DNA of 64,000 bases, from contig OZ242214.1 of the NCBI GenBank assembly GCA_965206595.1, positions 1,056,001 through 1,120,000 of the forward strand. Reading direction: 5' to 3'. This DNA is from Candidatus Latescibacterota bacterium. GTDB taxonomy: Bacteria > Latescibacterota > UBA2968 > UBA8231. Positions 26,492 through 37,146 of the stretch are shown in pieces. Both the position numbers and the translations under genes were made by a program. The notes beneath the pieces were generated by a model. It saw only the letters and a program-made list of their open reading frames with translations. It was not told the origin of the DNA and made no database searches. Positions within the stretch are counted from its first letter, which is position 1, and every line of letters starts with the position of its first letter.

Positions 26492-27373
26492 GTGCTTTCC
26501 TGGGCTCGCCTGCCGGAACCCGGGGCCACGACGGTGGCCGGCCGTCGCGGTCGAGCGGCATTTTCCACGCTTCTGACCGATCCCGTCTCAAGGCTAATCG
26601 AGTTGCAGAACCAATCCTTTCACGTGCTCCTGTTTTCCGGTCTGATCGCCGTCGCGGCAGGACCGCTGCTGTCGGCCGGATTCGGCCAGGTCGAGCTGTT
26701 CGCACTGCTCGGAATGCCGGTGTACGTCTGCGCCACCGGGGCCACGCCCCTGATCGCGATCCTGATCTACAAGGGGGTATCCCCGGGTGCCGCGCTCGCA
26801 TTTCTGCTCACTTGCCCGGCGACGAACGTCACTACCTTCGGAATCCTCACGCAGTTGCACGGCCGCCGCATTGCCCTGGCGTTCGGCGCCGGGATCGCCT
26901 GCCTCGCCGTAGTGGCAGGGCATGTCGTCAACGCCTTGGGGCCGGCGCTCCCGGGAACCCCCCTGAGTCACGCCCACTTCTCTTCCACCGGATTGCAGGA
27001 GATCTCCCTGGGAGTGCTGGCCCTGATCGTGGCCGCCTCCCTGCTGCGCCGGGGTCCGCGCGGCTTTGTCGGTCAGCTGTTCGCTTCCGGGGGAGGGCAA
27101 GTCCATCCCGAAAGCGCCGGGCACGCCGCCTCCCCGGACGCAAGCGACTGCTGCGCCGGCGAGGACGCGGCGCCTTCCTCGGAGGAGAGCGACTGCTGTG
27201 CCCGCGCGGATGCAGGTCACACCCCGCCTGCCGTCGAGGAACAGAACTGTTGCTCCCACGAGAACGTCGTTTCCTCCCCGCCTGCCGCCGAGGGGAATGA
27301 CTGCTGCGCCAGCGGGAACCGCGCCGCCCCGTCAGCGGAAGCACGCCCGGAACCGGCACCGGTCCCCGGCTGA
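26492..27373 (+). pseudogene. DUF318/SO_0444-like metal permease, apparently the C-terminal half only, with a Cys-Cys repeat tail
   Basis: GMPVYVCATGATPL...GVSPGAALAFLLTCPATN motif; the N-terminal stretch does not look like a permease and has no good RBS; tail has four CC repeats. Confidence 0.6.
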
Positions 27374-27385
27374 CAGTCACATCCG

Positions 27386-29620
27386 ATGGCCTCGTGCGGT
27401 CCCCAACGCCCAGGCGGACATAGCGAAGCAGGTGCGCGGGAGTACGCCCGGGACGTCCGGCTCCTCCTCGCTGCCGAGCACGACGACCCTTTCTCCTTTC
27501 TCGGGATGCATTCGCGGCCTGACGGCGCCCTCGGAGTGCGTGTCTTCAGGCCGGATGCCCGCGCGGTGACCGTGCGCGCTCCCGACGGCACCTGCTTCGA
27601 GAGCGAGCGCATCCATCCCGAGGGTCTGTTCGAGACGATCATCGCCGGTCGCGACCCGTTCCCCTACGAGCTGGAGACCACCGACGGCCGCGGGGAGGTG
27701 GCGGTAGAGCGCGATCCGTATTCCTTCGCGCCGCTCGTGGGCGACTACGACCAATACCTGTTCAACGAAGGCACTCACTGCGAAGCCGACCGCTTCCTGG
27801 GGGCCCACCCGTGCACAAAGGGAGGTTGTGACGGGGTGGCGTTCGCCCTCTGGGCACCGGCCGCCTCGAGGGTCAGCGTCGTCGGCGACTTCAACGGCTG
27901 GGAAGGCAGGCGCCACCCCATGCGCCGCCGCGGCAGCTCGGGCATATGGGAGCTGTTCGTCCCCCACCTCGGGACAGGGGCTGTCTACAAGCACGAGATC
28001 AGGACCGCGGGCGGAGAGCTCCTGCTCAAGGCCGACCCGTACGCCTTCCGCAGCGAAGCGCCGCCGCGTACCGCCTCGGTCGTCTGCGACGTCACCGCCT
28101 TCGAGTGGAGCGACGCCGACTGGATGTGCACCCGCGGGGAGCGCGACTGGCTTCGGGAGCCGCTGGCGATTTATGAGATCCACCTCGGCTCCTGGCGCCG
28201 CGGAGAGGGGTGCCGCACCCTCGGATACCGAGAGCTGGCGCAGCAGCTGGTCGACTACGTCGCAGAGCTCGGCTACACCCACGTCGAGCTGATGCCGGTG
28301 GCCGAGCACCCCTTCGGAGGCTCCTGGGGATACCAGGTATCCGGGTACTTCGCGCCGACCGCCCGTTTCGGGGAGCCGGCCGATTTCGCCTGGTTCGTCG
28401 ATTTGTGCCATCGCCGCGGCATCGGCGTGCTGCTCGACTGGGTGCCGTGCCATTTCCCGGACGACGCCCACGGGCTTGCCCGCTTCGACGGAACCCACCT
28501 GTACGAGCACGCCGACCCGCGCCAGGGGAGGCATCCGGACTGGGGCACCTCGATCTTCAATTTTGGACGCCGCGAGGTTGCGAGCTTCCTGCTCTCCAAC
28601 GCCCGCTTCTGGTTCGACCGATATCACGTCGACGGCCTGCGCGTCGACGCTGTCTCCTCAATGCTCTACCTCGACTACTCGCGCCGGGAAGGGGAGTGGG
28701 TACCCAACGTCCAGGGAGGCAGGGAAAACCTCGAGGCGATCGATTTAATGAGACGAATGAACGGGGCGATCCACGATCGTTTTCCCGGGGTGCTGATCAT
28801 TGCCGAGGAGTCGACTTCCTGGCCGGGGGTTTCGCGGCCCGCCGCGGAAGGGGGGCTCGGGTTCAGGTACAAGTGGAACATGGGCTGGATGAACGACGTC
28901 CTGCGCTACATGTCGCGCGATCCGGCTCACCGCAGGGATCACCAGTCCGACCTGACCTTCGGCATGCTCTACGCCTGTGCCGAGAACTTCGTGCTGCCGC
29001 TGTCGCACGACGAGGTCGTCCACGGCAAGGGATCGCTGCTGGGGCGCATGCCGGGAAGCGATTGGGAGCGCTTCGCCAACCTCCGGCTGCTCCTCGCTTT
29101 CATGTACGGGCACCCGGGGAAGAAGCTGCTGTTCATGGGAGGGGAGTTCGGGCAATGGTCGGAGTGGGACTGCGACCGGGGACTCGACTGGCATCTGCTC
29201 GAGCACGCCCCCCACAGGGGAATCCAGAGTCTGGCCAGGGACCTCAATACCCTCTATCGGCAGTCGCCGTCCCTCCACCGCCTCGACGCCGATCCGCGCG
29301 GCTTCGAGTGGATCGACTGCCACGACGCGAACAGCAGCGTGCTGTCGTTCCGGCGCAGGTCGGATCGGGTTGCCGACGGAGAGCTCGTGATTGCGTGCAA
29401 CTTCTCCCCGGAGACCCGCCGGGGCTACCGGATGGGGCTGCCCCTGCCGGGCAAGTACGAGGAGCTGCTCAACACCGACGCAGAGATTTACGGGGGCAGT
29501 GGCGCCGGGAATCGCGGCGGGGTGGAAGCTGCCCCGAACCCCTGGCAAGGCCTGGACTGCTCGGCGCTGGTGACCCTGCCGCCGCTGGCTGCGGTGGTAC
29601 TGAGGCGAAGCCCGCCCTAG
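27386..29620 (+). CDS. glgB: 1,4-alpha-glucan branching enzyme
   Basis: DPFSFLGMH, WAPAASRVSVVGDFNGW, IYEIHLGSW, SWGYQVSGYFAPT, DGLRVDAV, IAEESTSWPGV, LPLSHDEVVHGKGSL. Confidence 0.97.
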   Translation: MASCGPQRPGGHSEAGAREYARDVRLLLAAEHDDPFSFLGMHSRPDGALGVRVFRPDARAVTVRAPDGTCFESERIHPEGLFETIIAGRDPFPYELETTDGRGEVAVERDPYSFAPLVGDYDQYLFNEGTHCEADRFLGAHPCTKGGCDGVAFALWAPAASRVSVVGDFNGWEGRRHPMRRRGSSGIWELFVPHLGTGAVYKHEIRTAGGELLLKADPYAFRSEAPPRTASVVCDVTAFEWSDADWMCTRGERDWLREPLAIYEIHLGSWRRGEGCRTLGYRELAQQLVDYVAELGYTHVELMPVAEHPFGGSWGYQVSGYFAPTARFGEPADFAWFVDLCHRRGIGVLLDWVPCHFPDDAHGLARFDGTHLYEHADPRQGRHPDWGTSIFNFGRREVASFLLSNARFWFDRYHVDGLRVDAVSSMLYLDYSRREGEWVPNVQGGRENLEAIDLMRRMNGAIHDRFPGVLIIAEESTSWPGVSRPAAEGGLGFRYKWNMGWMNDVLRYMSRDPAHRRDHQSDLTFGMLYACAENFVLPLSHDEVVHGKGSLLGRMPGSDWERFANLRLLLAFMYGHPGKKLLFMGGEFGQWSEWDCDRGLDWHLLEHAPHRGIQSLARDLNTLYRQSPSLHRLDADPRGFEWIDCHDANSSVLSFRRRSDRVADGELVIACNFSPETRRGYRMGLPLPGKYEELLNTDAEIYGGSGAGNRGGVEAAPNPWQGLDCSALVTLPPLAAVVLRRSPP

Positions 29621-29778
29621 CGCAGCCGGGGGCATGCGCCAAACCGGGCCGGGGCGGCATCCCGTATATTGATTGTCATGCCAGGCAGGGACTATGCCCA
29701 AAGAGGAAGAGCGCCGACACGGAAAGAAGATCTTCTCGACATGCCGGACATGATTCCGATTCTCCCCGAGCGGCGGTC

Positions 29779-30672
29779 ATGGTCCCGGCCGGCGCCTGGG
29801 CCCCGGTGCAGGTGAGGGGCCGTTTGCTGCGGCGGTCTCTGCGCCGCCATCCGCTGGCCGTCTGCGGGGCTGCGATCGTCGCCGGGCTGGTCGTTGCGGC
29901 CCTGTTCGCACCGGTTCTCGCTCCCAGCGATCCGTTCGAGCAGAACCTCTACCAGCGGCTCGCCCCTCCCTCGTTTTCGAATCCGCTCGGCACCGACGAG
30001 TTCGGGCGCGACATCTTCAGCCGCATTCTCTACGGAGCGCGCATTTCCCTGCGCATCGGGATCGTCTGCATCGCCATCGCCCTCACTTCGGGCACGCTGA
30101 TCGGGGTAACCGCCGGCTACTTCGGCGGTGCCGTCGATACCGTCCTGATGAGGGTGGTCGACCTGATGCTCGCCTTTCCCAGCATACTGCTCGCCATCGC
30201 AGTGGTCTCCGTCATCGGACCCGGCATCGACAACGCGATCGTTGCCGTCGGCATCGTTCTCGTTCCGCAGTTCGCGCGCATGATGCGGGCGACCGTGCTC
30301 GCCGTGGCGCAGATGCCCTACGTCGAGGCGGCCAGGGCCCTGGGAGCCGGGGACTGGCGCATCGTGCTGCGCGCCATCCTGCCGAACTGCCTTGCCCCCC
30401 TGATCGTCCAGGGCAGCCTGAGCCTCGCCACCTCCATCCTCGACGCCGCCGGGCTCAGCTTTCTCGGACTCGGCGCCCAGCCCCCGGCCCCCGAATGGGG
30501 GGCGATGCTGAACAGCGGGCGCGAGCTCCTGATCGTGGCACCGTGGGTGATGGTATTCCCCGGACTGGCGATCTTCGTCGTCGCTCTCGGCTTCAACCTC
30601 TTCGGCGACGGTCTTCGCGACCTCTTGGATCCGCGCGCTGGCGACCGCATCGCCGCGGAGACCAGGGCGTGA
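29779..30672 (+). CDS. dppC: Peptide/nickel ABC transporter permease (DppC/OppC type)
   Basis: PLGTDEFGRDIFSRILYGARISL, EAA loop YVEAARALGA, LSFLGLGAQPPAPEWGAML; start approximate. Confidence 0.9.
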   Translation: MVPAGAWAPVQVRGRLLRRSLRRHPLAVCGAAIVAGLVVAALFAPVLAPSDPFEQNLYQRLAPPSFSNPLGTDEFGRDIFSRILYGARISLRIGIVCIAIALTSGTLIGVTAGYFGGAVDTVLMRVVDLMLAFPSILLAIAVVSVIGPGIDNAIVAVGIVLVPQFARMMRATVLAVAQMPYVEAARALGAGDWRIVLRAILPNCLAPLIVQGSLSLATSILDAAGLSFLGLGAQPPAPEWGAMLNSGRELLIVAPWVMVFPGLAIFVVALGFNLFGDGLRDLLDPRAGDRIAAETRA

Positions 30673-32600
30673 GCGGGCGCGGCCAGGCATTCATATGGGC
30701 CGCCGCGGTGGCTGCGGCCCATTCCCTCGGCGGCTGCGGGGCCCCCCTGTGGCCTCGCATTCAGGGCGGCGCCGCGGAAGAGGAGCAATCCCGGCAGAGC
30801 CAGCGGGCGATGCATTATTTCGTGCAGGCGAAGGTGTTCGAGAAACAGGAGAATCCATTCGGGGCGATTGTCGCACTGCGTAGCGCCGCGGATCTCGATC
30901 CGACCTCGCCGACCATCTACGCGCGCCTCGCCCACAACTACGAGAAGATCGGGGATTACGAGCAGGCGATGGTCTTCGCGGCCAGGGCGCTCGATCTCGA
31001 TCCCGGTCTCGACGAGCTGCGGCTGCAACTGATCCGCTGGTACGAATCCGCGGACAACGCCGCGGCCGCGACGGTTCATCTCGAACAGCTGATCGCGCGT
31101 CAGCCGGCCCGGTGGCCGCTCTACTCCCACCTGGCGCGCCTCTACCGGGAGATGGGTGAAGCCGGTCGCATCGACCGGCTTTTCAACGATCTCCTGTCGC
31201 GGGAGGACACGCCGGAGGACATCCGCGTCAACATTGCGTACACGCTTTCGCGCAGCGGCCGTCCGAAAAGGGCAGAAAGAATCTTTGGGGAAATCCTCAG
31301 GAATAACCCCGGCTCGGAGGAAGCCTGGATCGGTCTCGCTGAGGTCCACCTGTCGCGGGGGGACCGCGAGCGTGCCGTCGAGCATTTCGTCGCCGCGGCC
31401 CATCATTTTCCGGAAAACACCGTGATCATGTCGGAGCTCGCGCGCCTGCTCGACGGTCCGGAGGACCTGTCCCGATTCGACGGGGCTGATCCCGGGTTCC
31501 TGTACCGGCTCGGCGAGGCCCTGGCAGCCGTTGAGAGGTTTGAGCTCGCGGCGATTGTTTTCGAGCGCATCGTCGGGCTGCAGCCCGACCGGGTCGAGGC
31601 CCGGCTCGACCCGGCGCGCTACTACCTGCACATCGAGGAGTACGACCGCCTCGACGAGCTTTTGAGCGAAGCCGTCGAGGCGATGCCGGACAGCGTCGAT
31701 CTCTACCTTTTCTGGGGACAGGCCCTTGCCCGGCAGGAGCGTTACGAAGAGGCGATCGCCACCTTCCGCCGCGGATTGGAGCGGCTGCCCCGCAACGTCG
31801 ATCTGCTCGAGCGCTGGGGCTATGCCCACGAGCAGCAGGAGCAATACGAGGAGGCGATCGAGGTGTACCGACAGGGTCTCGCCGCCGGCGCCCCGCCGGA
31901 AGCGATGTACCTACGCTGGGGAATTGTCCTCGGACGCCAGGAACGCTGGCTCGAGGCGCTCGGACGCTTCAGCAAGGCTGCCGGGGAGGCCCCCGACGAT
32001 TCCAGCCTCGGCGAAGCCTTCCTGCACTCCGGGATCGCCCTGGAGAACCTCGGGCGCTGGCAGGAAGCGATAGAGAAGCTGAGGCAGGCGACCGAGCTGG
32101 ACAGCTCAGACACGACCCCGCTGTTCTACCTCGGCAGCTGCCTCGAGCAGGCGTCGCGCAGCCTCCCCGACTCCGCCGCTCACTTCGATGCCGCCATCGC
32201 CGCCTTCGAACGTCTGATCGAGCTCGATCCCGGCGATGCCTACGCCCTCAACTACCTCGGGTACATGTACGCGGAGCGCGGCATCCATCTCGAGGAAGCA
32301 CTGGGCCTGCTGATCCGCGCAGTCGCGATCGATCCCGACAACGGGGCGTTCCTCGACAGCCTGGGGTGGGCTTATTACCGCCTCGGCGAGTTCGAGAAGG
32401 CGGAGCGCTGCCTTGTCAAGGTGATGGAACGGCTCGTCGAGGAGGACGACGAGGATCAGGCGGTCATCTACGATCACGCCGGCGACATCGCCAGGGCCCT
32501 CGGCAAGCAAGGGGAGGCGGCATCCCACTGGCAGCGCGCTCTCGAGCTGACGCCGGAGGACGAGGAGCTCCGGCGCAAGCTCGGCGCCGGGATCCCCTGA
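30669..32600 (+). CDS. TPR-repeat lipoprotein
   Basis: Lipobox LGGC; many TPRs; C-terminal ALNYLGYMYAERG...FLDSLGWAYY...HAGDI pattern of outer-membrane-associated TPR proteins; GTGA coupling to dppC. Confidence 0.88.
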   Translation: MSGRGQAFIWAAAVAAAHSLGGCGAPLWPRIQGGAAEEEQSRQSQRAMHYFVQAKVFEKQENPFGAIVALRSAADLDPTSPTIYARLAHNYEKIGDYEQAMVFAARALDLDPGLDELRLQLIRWYESADNAAAATVHLEQLIARQPARWPLYSHLARLYREMGEAGRIDRLFNDLLSREDTPEDIRVNIAYTLSRSGRPKRAERIFGEILRNNPGSEEAWIGLAEVHLSRGDRERAVEHFVAAAHHFPENTVIMSELARLLDGPEDLSRFDGADPGFLYRLGEALAAVERFELAAIVFERIVGLQPDRVEARLDPARYYLHIEEYDRLDELLSEAVEAMPDSVDLYLFWGQALARQERYEEAIATFRRGLERLPRNVDLLERWGYAHEQQEQYEEAIEVYRQGLAAGAPPEAMYLRWGIVLGRQERWLEALGRFSKAAGEAPDDSSLGEAFLHSGIALENLGRWQEAIEKLRQATELDSSDTTPLFYLGSCLEQASRSLPDSAAHFDAAIAAFERLIELDPGDAYALNYLGYMYAERGIHLEEALGLLIRAVAIDPDNGAFLDSLGWAYYRLGEFEKAERCLVKVMERLVEEDDEDQAVIYDHAGDIARALGKQGEAASHWQRALELTPEDEELRRKLGAGIP

Positions 32601-32659
32601 ACGGCCTGTCTTAGAAACCCCGGCCAACACTTTTCTCCGTTCACCTGCAGGCGCACCCC

Positions 32660-33400
32660 TTGCCGGCAATCCGAGCCCTCCTCCTCCTCCTCTCTGTCGC
32701 TGGGCTGCTAGGATGCTCCCACCGCGCTCCGCGCCAGGGCTGGCAGTCCGGAGCGGACGTCGGCGAGCTGCTGGCGTTGTCGCAGCGGAGCTTCGAGCAG
32801 CTCGAAGGCCTGACCGCGGAGGCGGCAATAAGGTTTCGCGGCCCCGAGGGGAGCGGCAGGGCGACCGCGGCCATCCTCTACCGCAGGCCGTGCGAGTTGC
32901 GGCTCGAGGTCAAGGATCCGCTTTTCAGGCAGGTGCTTTCCGCGGTCGTGCGCGGGGATTCGATGGAGGTTCTCGCCGGCGGGGAAACCTGGCGCGGATC
33001 GACCTCCCGGGGGCTGCACCGCTACCTGCCGGTTCTCGACCTCGGAGGCTACGATCTGCGCTACCTGCTGTTCGGCATCGTCGCTCCCTGGCAGCCGCAC
33101 GAGGTGCCGTCCCTGTCGCACCCGAGGGGGGACCGCGTCGTCGCGACGGTTGGCGGGGACCTGGGAAGTCGGTCGATATCGGCCGATCTCCACCGCGGCT
33201 TCGTATTTCGCGAGGAATCGGTCGCCGCCGATGGCGGTTCGTGGCGCCGCGACCTGGAGCGCTACCGGGAGATTTCCATTCCCGGGGGCGCTGCCGTCCC
33301 CCTGTACCTGCCGGGACTCGTGCGTATCGTGCAACCGGGGGCGACCCTGGAGATCGACGTGCGCAGCTATCGGGTCGCCGTTTCCGCCCCGGTGCCCTGA
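32660..33400 (+). CDS. LolB/LolA-like (DUF4292-like) lipoprotein
   Basis: Lipobox LLGC; beta-rich pattern ILYRRPCELRLEVKDPL; follows a TPR gene, as is common for lolB-like genes. Confidence 0.6.
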   Translation: MPAIRALLLLLSVAGLLGCSHRAPRQGWQSGADVGELLALSQRSFEQLEGLTAEAAIRFRGPEGSGRATAAILYRRPCELRLEVKDPLFRQVLSAVVRGDSMEVLAGGETWRGSTSRGLHRYLPVLDLGGYDLRYLLFGIVAPWQPHEVPSLSHPRGDRVVATVGGDLGSRSISADLHRGFVFREESVAADGGSWRRDLERYREISIPGGAAVPLYLPGLVRIVQPGATLEIDVRSYRVAVSAPVP

Positions 33401-33410
33401 ACCGCCGTTC

Positions 33411-34418
33411 TCAGCGGCGGTAGCGGATGCGCGGGTCGAGGCAGGCGTAGAGGATGTCGGCGATAAGGTTGACGACCATGAACACCGTCGCCAGCAGCAG
33501 CACCCCTCCCTGAACGGCGCGGAAGTCGCGCGCCTGCACCGCCAGGAAGACCCAGCGACCCAGGCCGGGCCAGGCGAAGATCGTCTCGGTGATGACGGCG
33601 CCTCCCAGCAGGTAGCCGAATTCGAGAGCGATCACGGTCAGGGTCGGCACGAAGGCGTTCCTCAAGGCGTGGCGAAGAACGACGAGCCGCCGCGGCAGGC
33701 CCTTTGCCCGGGCGGTGCGCACGTACTCCTCTCCGAGAACCTCGAGCAGGCTGGCGCGGGTCATCCTCGCTATGAAGGCGAGGGGGATCGTCGCCAGGGT
33801 GAGGGCCGGCAGCGCCAGGTGCCAGAGCGCGTCGACGAAGCCGTCCCAGTTGGCTCCCAGGACCGCGTCGAAGAGGTATAATCCGGTTATCGCCTCGACC
33901 TGGACCGCGGCGCCGAGGCGCCCGGATACCGGGAAAAGGGGAAACTGCACCGCGAGCAGCAGCATCAGCATCAATCCGAGCCAGAAGACGGGAATCGAGA
34001 TTCCTGCCGTGGCCGCCACCATGCTGACGTAGTCGGCGACCTTGCCCTGTGCCAGGGCGGCGAGGACCCCGAGGCCGATGCCGCCGGCGATGGCGATGAT
34101 CATCGCCGCCAGGGTCAGCTCGCAGGTGGCGGGGAAGCGCTGCAGGATCTCGGTGCTGATCAGCTCGTGGGTGCGGAAGGAGCGGCCGAGATTACCGCGC
34201 AGAAGGTCGCCGAAGAACCTGGCGAACTGCACGTGGAAGGGCTGGTCCAGCCCCATGTCGAGGCGCAGCGCCGCGATGCTGGCGGCGTCGGCGCGCTCTC
34301 CTAGCATGATCTGCGCCGGGTCCCCGGGAACCAGGTGGATCATCAGGAACACCAGCAGGGAGATCCCGATCAGGGTCGGCACCAGGAGCGCCAGCCGCCG
34401 CAGGACGAAACCGGTCAA
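33411..34418 (-). CDS. dppB: Peptide ABC transporter permease (DppB/OppB type)
   Basis: LVPGDPA, GLDQPFHVQF, ARMTRASLLEVLGEEYVRTARAKGL, ITETIFAWPGLG. Confidence 0.93.
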   Translation of the reverse strand: MTGFVLRRLALLVPTLIGISLLVFLMIHLVPGDPAQIMLGERADAASIAALRLDMGLDQPFHVQFARFFGDLLRGNLGRSFRTHELISTEILQRFPATCELTLAAMIIAIAGGIGLGVLAALAQGKVADYVSMVAATAGISIPVFWLGLMLMLLLAVQFPLFPVSGRLGAAVQVEAITGLYLFDAVLGANWDGFVDALWHLALPALTLATIPLAFIARMTRASLLEVLGEEYVRTARAKGLPRRLVVLRHALRNAFVPTLTVIALEFGYLLGGAVITETIFAWPGLGRWVFLAVQARDFRAVQGGVLLLATVFMVVNLIADILYACLDPRIRYRR

Positions 34419-34452
34419 CGGGGCGCTTCCGCAAACGGCCCCCGCGGGCGGC

Positions 34453-36132
34453 TCAGTTCGAGAGGACTACGCGGTGGAACCACTTGCTGCCGGTCGGATG
34501 CAGCGCGAAGCCGCGCACGTTCGACCGGAAGGCCGCGGTCTGGGTGGCGTGCACCAGCGGAACCCACGGGGCATCCGCGTGGATGATCTGTTGCGCCTTC
34601 CTGTAGAGGGAGGTGCGCTCGGCCATGTCGCCGCTGCGGCGGGCGGCGACGAGCAGCTCGTGCAGGGGGTCGCTGCGGTAGAAGGAGACGTTGTTGGCCG
34701 GCTTGACGGCCGCGGTCTTGTCGAGCAGGACGTAGAGGAAATTGTCTGGGTCGCCGTTGTCCCCGGTCCATCCCAGCAGGCACATCGGGTGCTCCCCGGC
34801 GAACACCTTGTCGAGGTAGGTGCCCCACTCCCAACGCACGATTTTGGCCCTGACGCCGACGGCGTCGAGGTTGGCCTTGATGGCGACGGCGATCTTCTCC
34901 GGCTGAGGCATGTAGGGCCGCGGCGCCGGCATCGCCCACAGTTCGGTCTCGAAACCGTCGGGAAACCCCGCCTCGGCGAGCAGCCTGCGGGCCCGGTCGG
35001 GGTCGAAGGGGTACGGCTCGACGCTGTCGTCGTACCCCCACATCAGAGGGGGCAGCGGGTTCTTCGCAGGAACCGCCAGCCCGGAGTAGAAGTTGTCGAC
35101 CAGGGCCTGCTTGTCGATGGCGCAGTTGATGGCGACGCGGACGAGGCGGTTGTCGAACGGGGGCCGGTCCATGTTCATCGCCACGTAGCCGACGTTCATG
35201 CCGGGCTGGGTCAGGAGTTGCAGGTCGGGATCCTCGCGGATGGCCTCGATGAACTCCGGGCTGACGTTGTCGATCCCCTGGATGGCACCCGTCCTGAGCT
35301 CGAGGAAACGGACCGAGGCATCCTGTATCGGCCGGAAGATCAGGCGCTTCAGGAGCGGGGGCTTCCCCCAGTAGCTGTCGTTGCGGTCGAGCACGATGCG
35401 CTCGTCCTTGCGCCACTCGACGAACTTGAACGGTCCCGTACCGACGGGATTCTTGAAGAACTCGGGGCCGTGCGCGGCGACCGCGGTCGGGCTGACCGCG
35501 GCGCAGAAGTTCATTCCCAGGGTCGCGAGGAACGTGGCGTTCGGCTCGGCGAGGCGCACGACGAAGGTCGAGTCGTCGGCGGCCTCCATCGCCGCGACGA
35601 CGTCGCTCATGCCCATGGAGTTCCAGTAGTTGTAGGCGCCCTGCACCTTGTGGTAGGGATGGTCTTCATCGAACTGGCGCGCCAGGGAGAACTGCATAGC
35701 CTCGGCGTCGAAGGGAGTGCCGTCGTGAAAGCGGACCCCGGTGCGCAGGCGGAAGGTCCAGGTCAGGCGGTCCTCGGAGACCTCCCAGCTTTTGGCCAGC
35801 TGCGGAACCACCGTGGTCGAGCCTTCCCCGTAGGTGACCAGGTTTTCGTAGATGTTGTCGCAGACCTTGAAGGATTCGCCGTCTCCCTCCAGCGCCGGGT
35901 CGAGTCCGACCGAGTCGGAACCGCGGCCGAAAACCAGGACATGATCCGCCTCGCGCACGCAACCGGTCAGCAGCATGGAGGCGAACAGCAAACACCAGAG
36001 GCAGGGCAGTGCCAATCCGGTGAAGAGTGCGTCGCGTGGGGAAACGGGGACGGGGGCCGCGGCCTGCCGGGCGATCGGGGGCGGGAACGGCCGCCGCGGG
36101 GGTATTGCGGCGGAGACGGCTCGCCGTCTCAC
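34453..36132 (-). CDS. dppA: Peptide ABC transporter substrate-binding lipoprotein (family 5, DppA-like)
   Basis: LLTGC lipobox, [36 protein letters not shown]. Start uncertain; the GTG at 36132 overlaps the upstream stop. Confidence 0.9.
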   Translation of the reverse strand: MRRRAVSAAIPPRRPFPPPIARQAAAPVPVSPRDALFTGLALPCLWCLLFASMLLTGCVREADHVLVFGRGSDSVGLDPALEGDGESFKVCDNIYENLVTYGEGSTTVVPQLAKSWEVSEDRLTWTFRLRTGVRFHDGTPFDAEAMQFSLARQFDEDHPYHKVQGAYNYWNSMGMSDVVAAMEAADDSTFVVRLAEPNATFLATLGMNFCAAVSPTAVAAHGPEFFKNPVGTGPFKFVEWRKDERIVLDRNDSYWGKPPLLKRLIFRPIQDASVRFLELRTGAIQGIDNVSPEFIEAIREDPDLQLLTQPGMNVGYVAMNMDRPPFDNRLVRVAINCAIDKQALVDNFYSGLAVPAKNPLPPLMWGYDDSVEPYPFDPDRARRLLAEAGFPDGFETELWAMPAPRPYMPQPEKIAVAIKANLDAVGVRAKIVRWEWGTYLDKVFAGEHPMCLLGWTGDNGDPDNFLYVLLDKTAAVKPANNVSFYRSDPLHELLVAARRSGDMAERTSLYRKAQQIIHADAPWVPLVHATQTAAFRSNVRGFALHPTGSKWFHRVVLSN

Positions 36133-37121
36133 TCGGAGAAGGCGGCGTCGAACGCCGCTGCGGAGGGCTCGAAGTCGACTTCCTTCACGAAGGCGCAGGC
36201 CTCGGCGGCGCCGTGCTCGCGGTCCATGCCGCCGTCCTCCCATTCGACCGAGAGCGGGCCCTGATAGTCGATGCGGTTGAGGGCGCGGATGATCTCCTCG
36301 AAGTCGATGTTGCCCCTTCCGAGCGAGCGGAAGTCCCAGTAGCGCCGCCGGTCGCCGAAATCGACGTGGCCGCCGAACACCCCGGCTTCGGTCGGAGTGG
36401 CCGACCAGGCGACGTCCTTCATGTGCACGTGGAAGATCCGCTCTGCGAACCGGTAGATGAACTCGACGTAGTCGACGCCCTGGTACCCGAGGTGGCTCGG
36501 GTCGTAGTTGAAGCCGAACGCGGGGTGGCCGTCCAGGGCCGCTAGGGCGCGCTCCGCGGAAGCGATGTCGAAGGCGATCTCCGTGGGGTGGACCTCGAGG
36601 GCGAACCTGACCCCCGCCTTCTCGAACTCGTCCATGATCGGCTTGAACCGGGATCCGAATTCGGCGAACCCGTCATCGATCATTTCGGGCGGGGTTGGCG
36701 GAAAGGAGTACAGAAGGTGCCAGATCGGACTGCCGGTGAACCCGTTGACGACGTCGACTCCGAGGCGCTTGGCAGCATGGGCGGTTGCGATCAGCTCCGC
36801 GGCGGCGCGCTCGCGTACCCCATCGGGGTCCCCGTCCCCCCAGACGTGGGGCGGCAGGATCGCCTCGTGGCGGCCGTCGATGTTGTCGCACACTGCCTGT
36901 CCGACGAGGTGGGCGGAAATCGAGAAGAGCTGCAGGCCGTGCTTTTCGAGCAGCGCACGCCTCGCCTTGCAGTAATCCTCGTCGGCCTTTTCGACCTCGA
37001 AGTGGTCTCCCCAGCAGGCGAGCTCGACCCCGTCGTATCCGAAGGAAACCGCTTTCTCGCACATGGCCCTGATGTCGAGATCAGCCCATTGGCCGGTGAA
37101 CAGTGTGACTGGTCGCGCCAT
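36129..37121 (-). CDS. Sugar phosphate isomerase/epimerase (xylose-isomerase-like TIM barrel)
   Basis: [50 protein letters not shown]. Confidence 0.9.
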   Translation of the reverse strand: MARPVTLFTGQWADLDIRAMCEKAVSFGYDGVELACWGDHFEVEKADEDYCKARRALLEKHGLQLFSISAHLVGQAVCDNIDGRHEAILPPHVWGDGDPDGVRERAAAELIATAHAAKRLGVDVVNGFTGSPIWHLLYSFPPTPPEMIDDGFAEFGSRFKPIMDEFEKAGVRFALEVHPTEIAFDIASAERALAALDGHPAFGFNYDPSHLGYQGVDYVEFIYRFAERIFHVHMKDVAWSATPTEAGVFGGHVDFGDRRRYWDFRSLGRGNIDFEEIIRALNRIDYQGPLSVEWEDGGMDREHGAAEACAFVKEVDFEPSAAAFDAAFSE

Positions 37122-37146
37122 GATGTTCTCCGTTTGTGTTTGCCTT

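Noticed and set aside
28210-29778. Apparent 820-aa fusion ORF ending in DppC
   Set aside because: The N-terminal part is an alternate frame of glgB; only the portion from about 29779 is permease.
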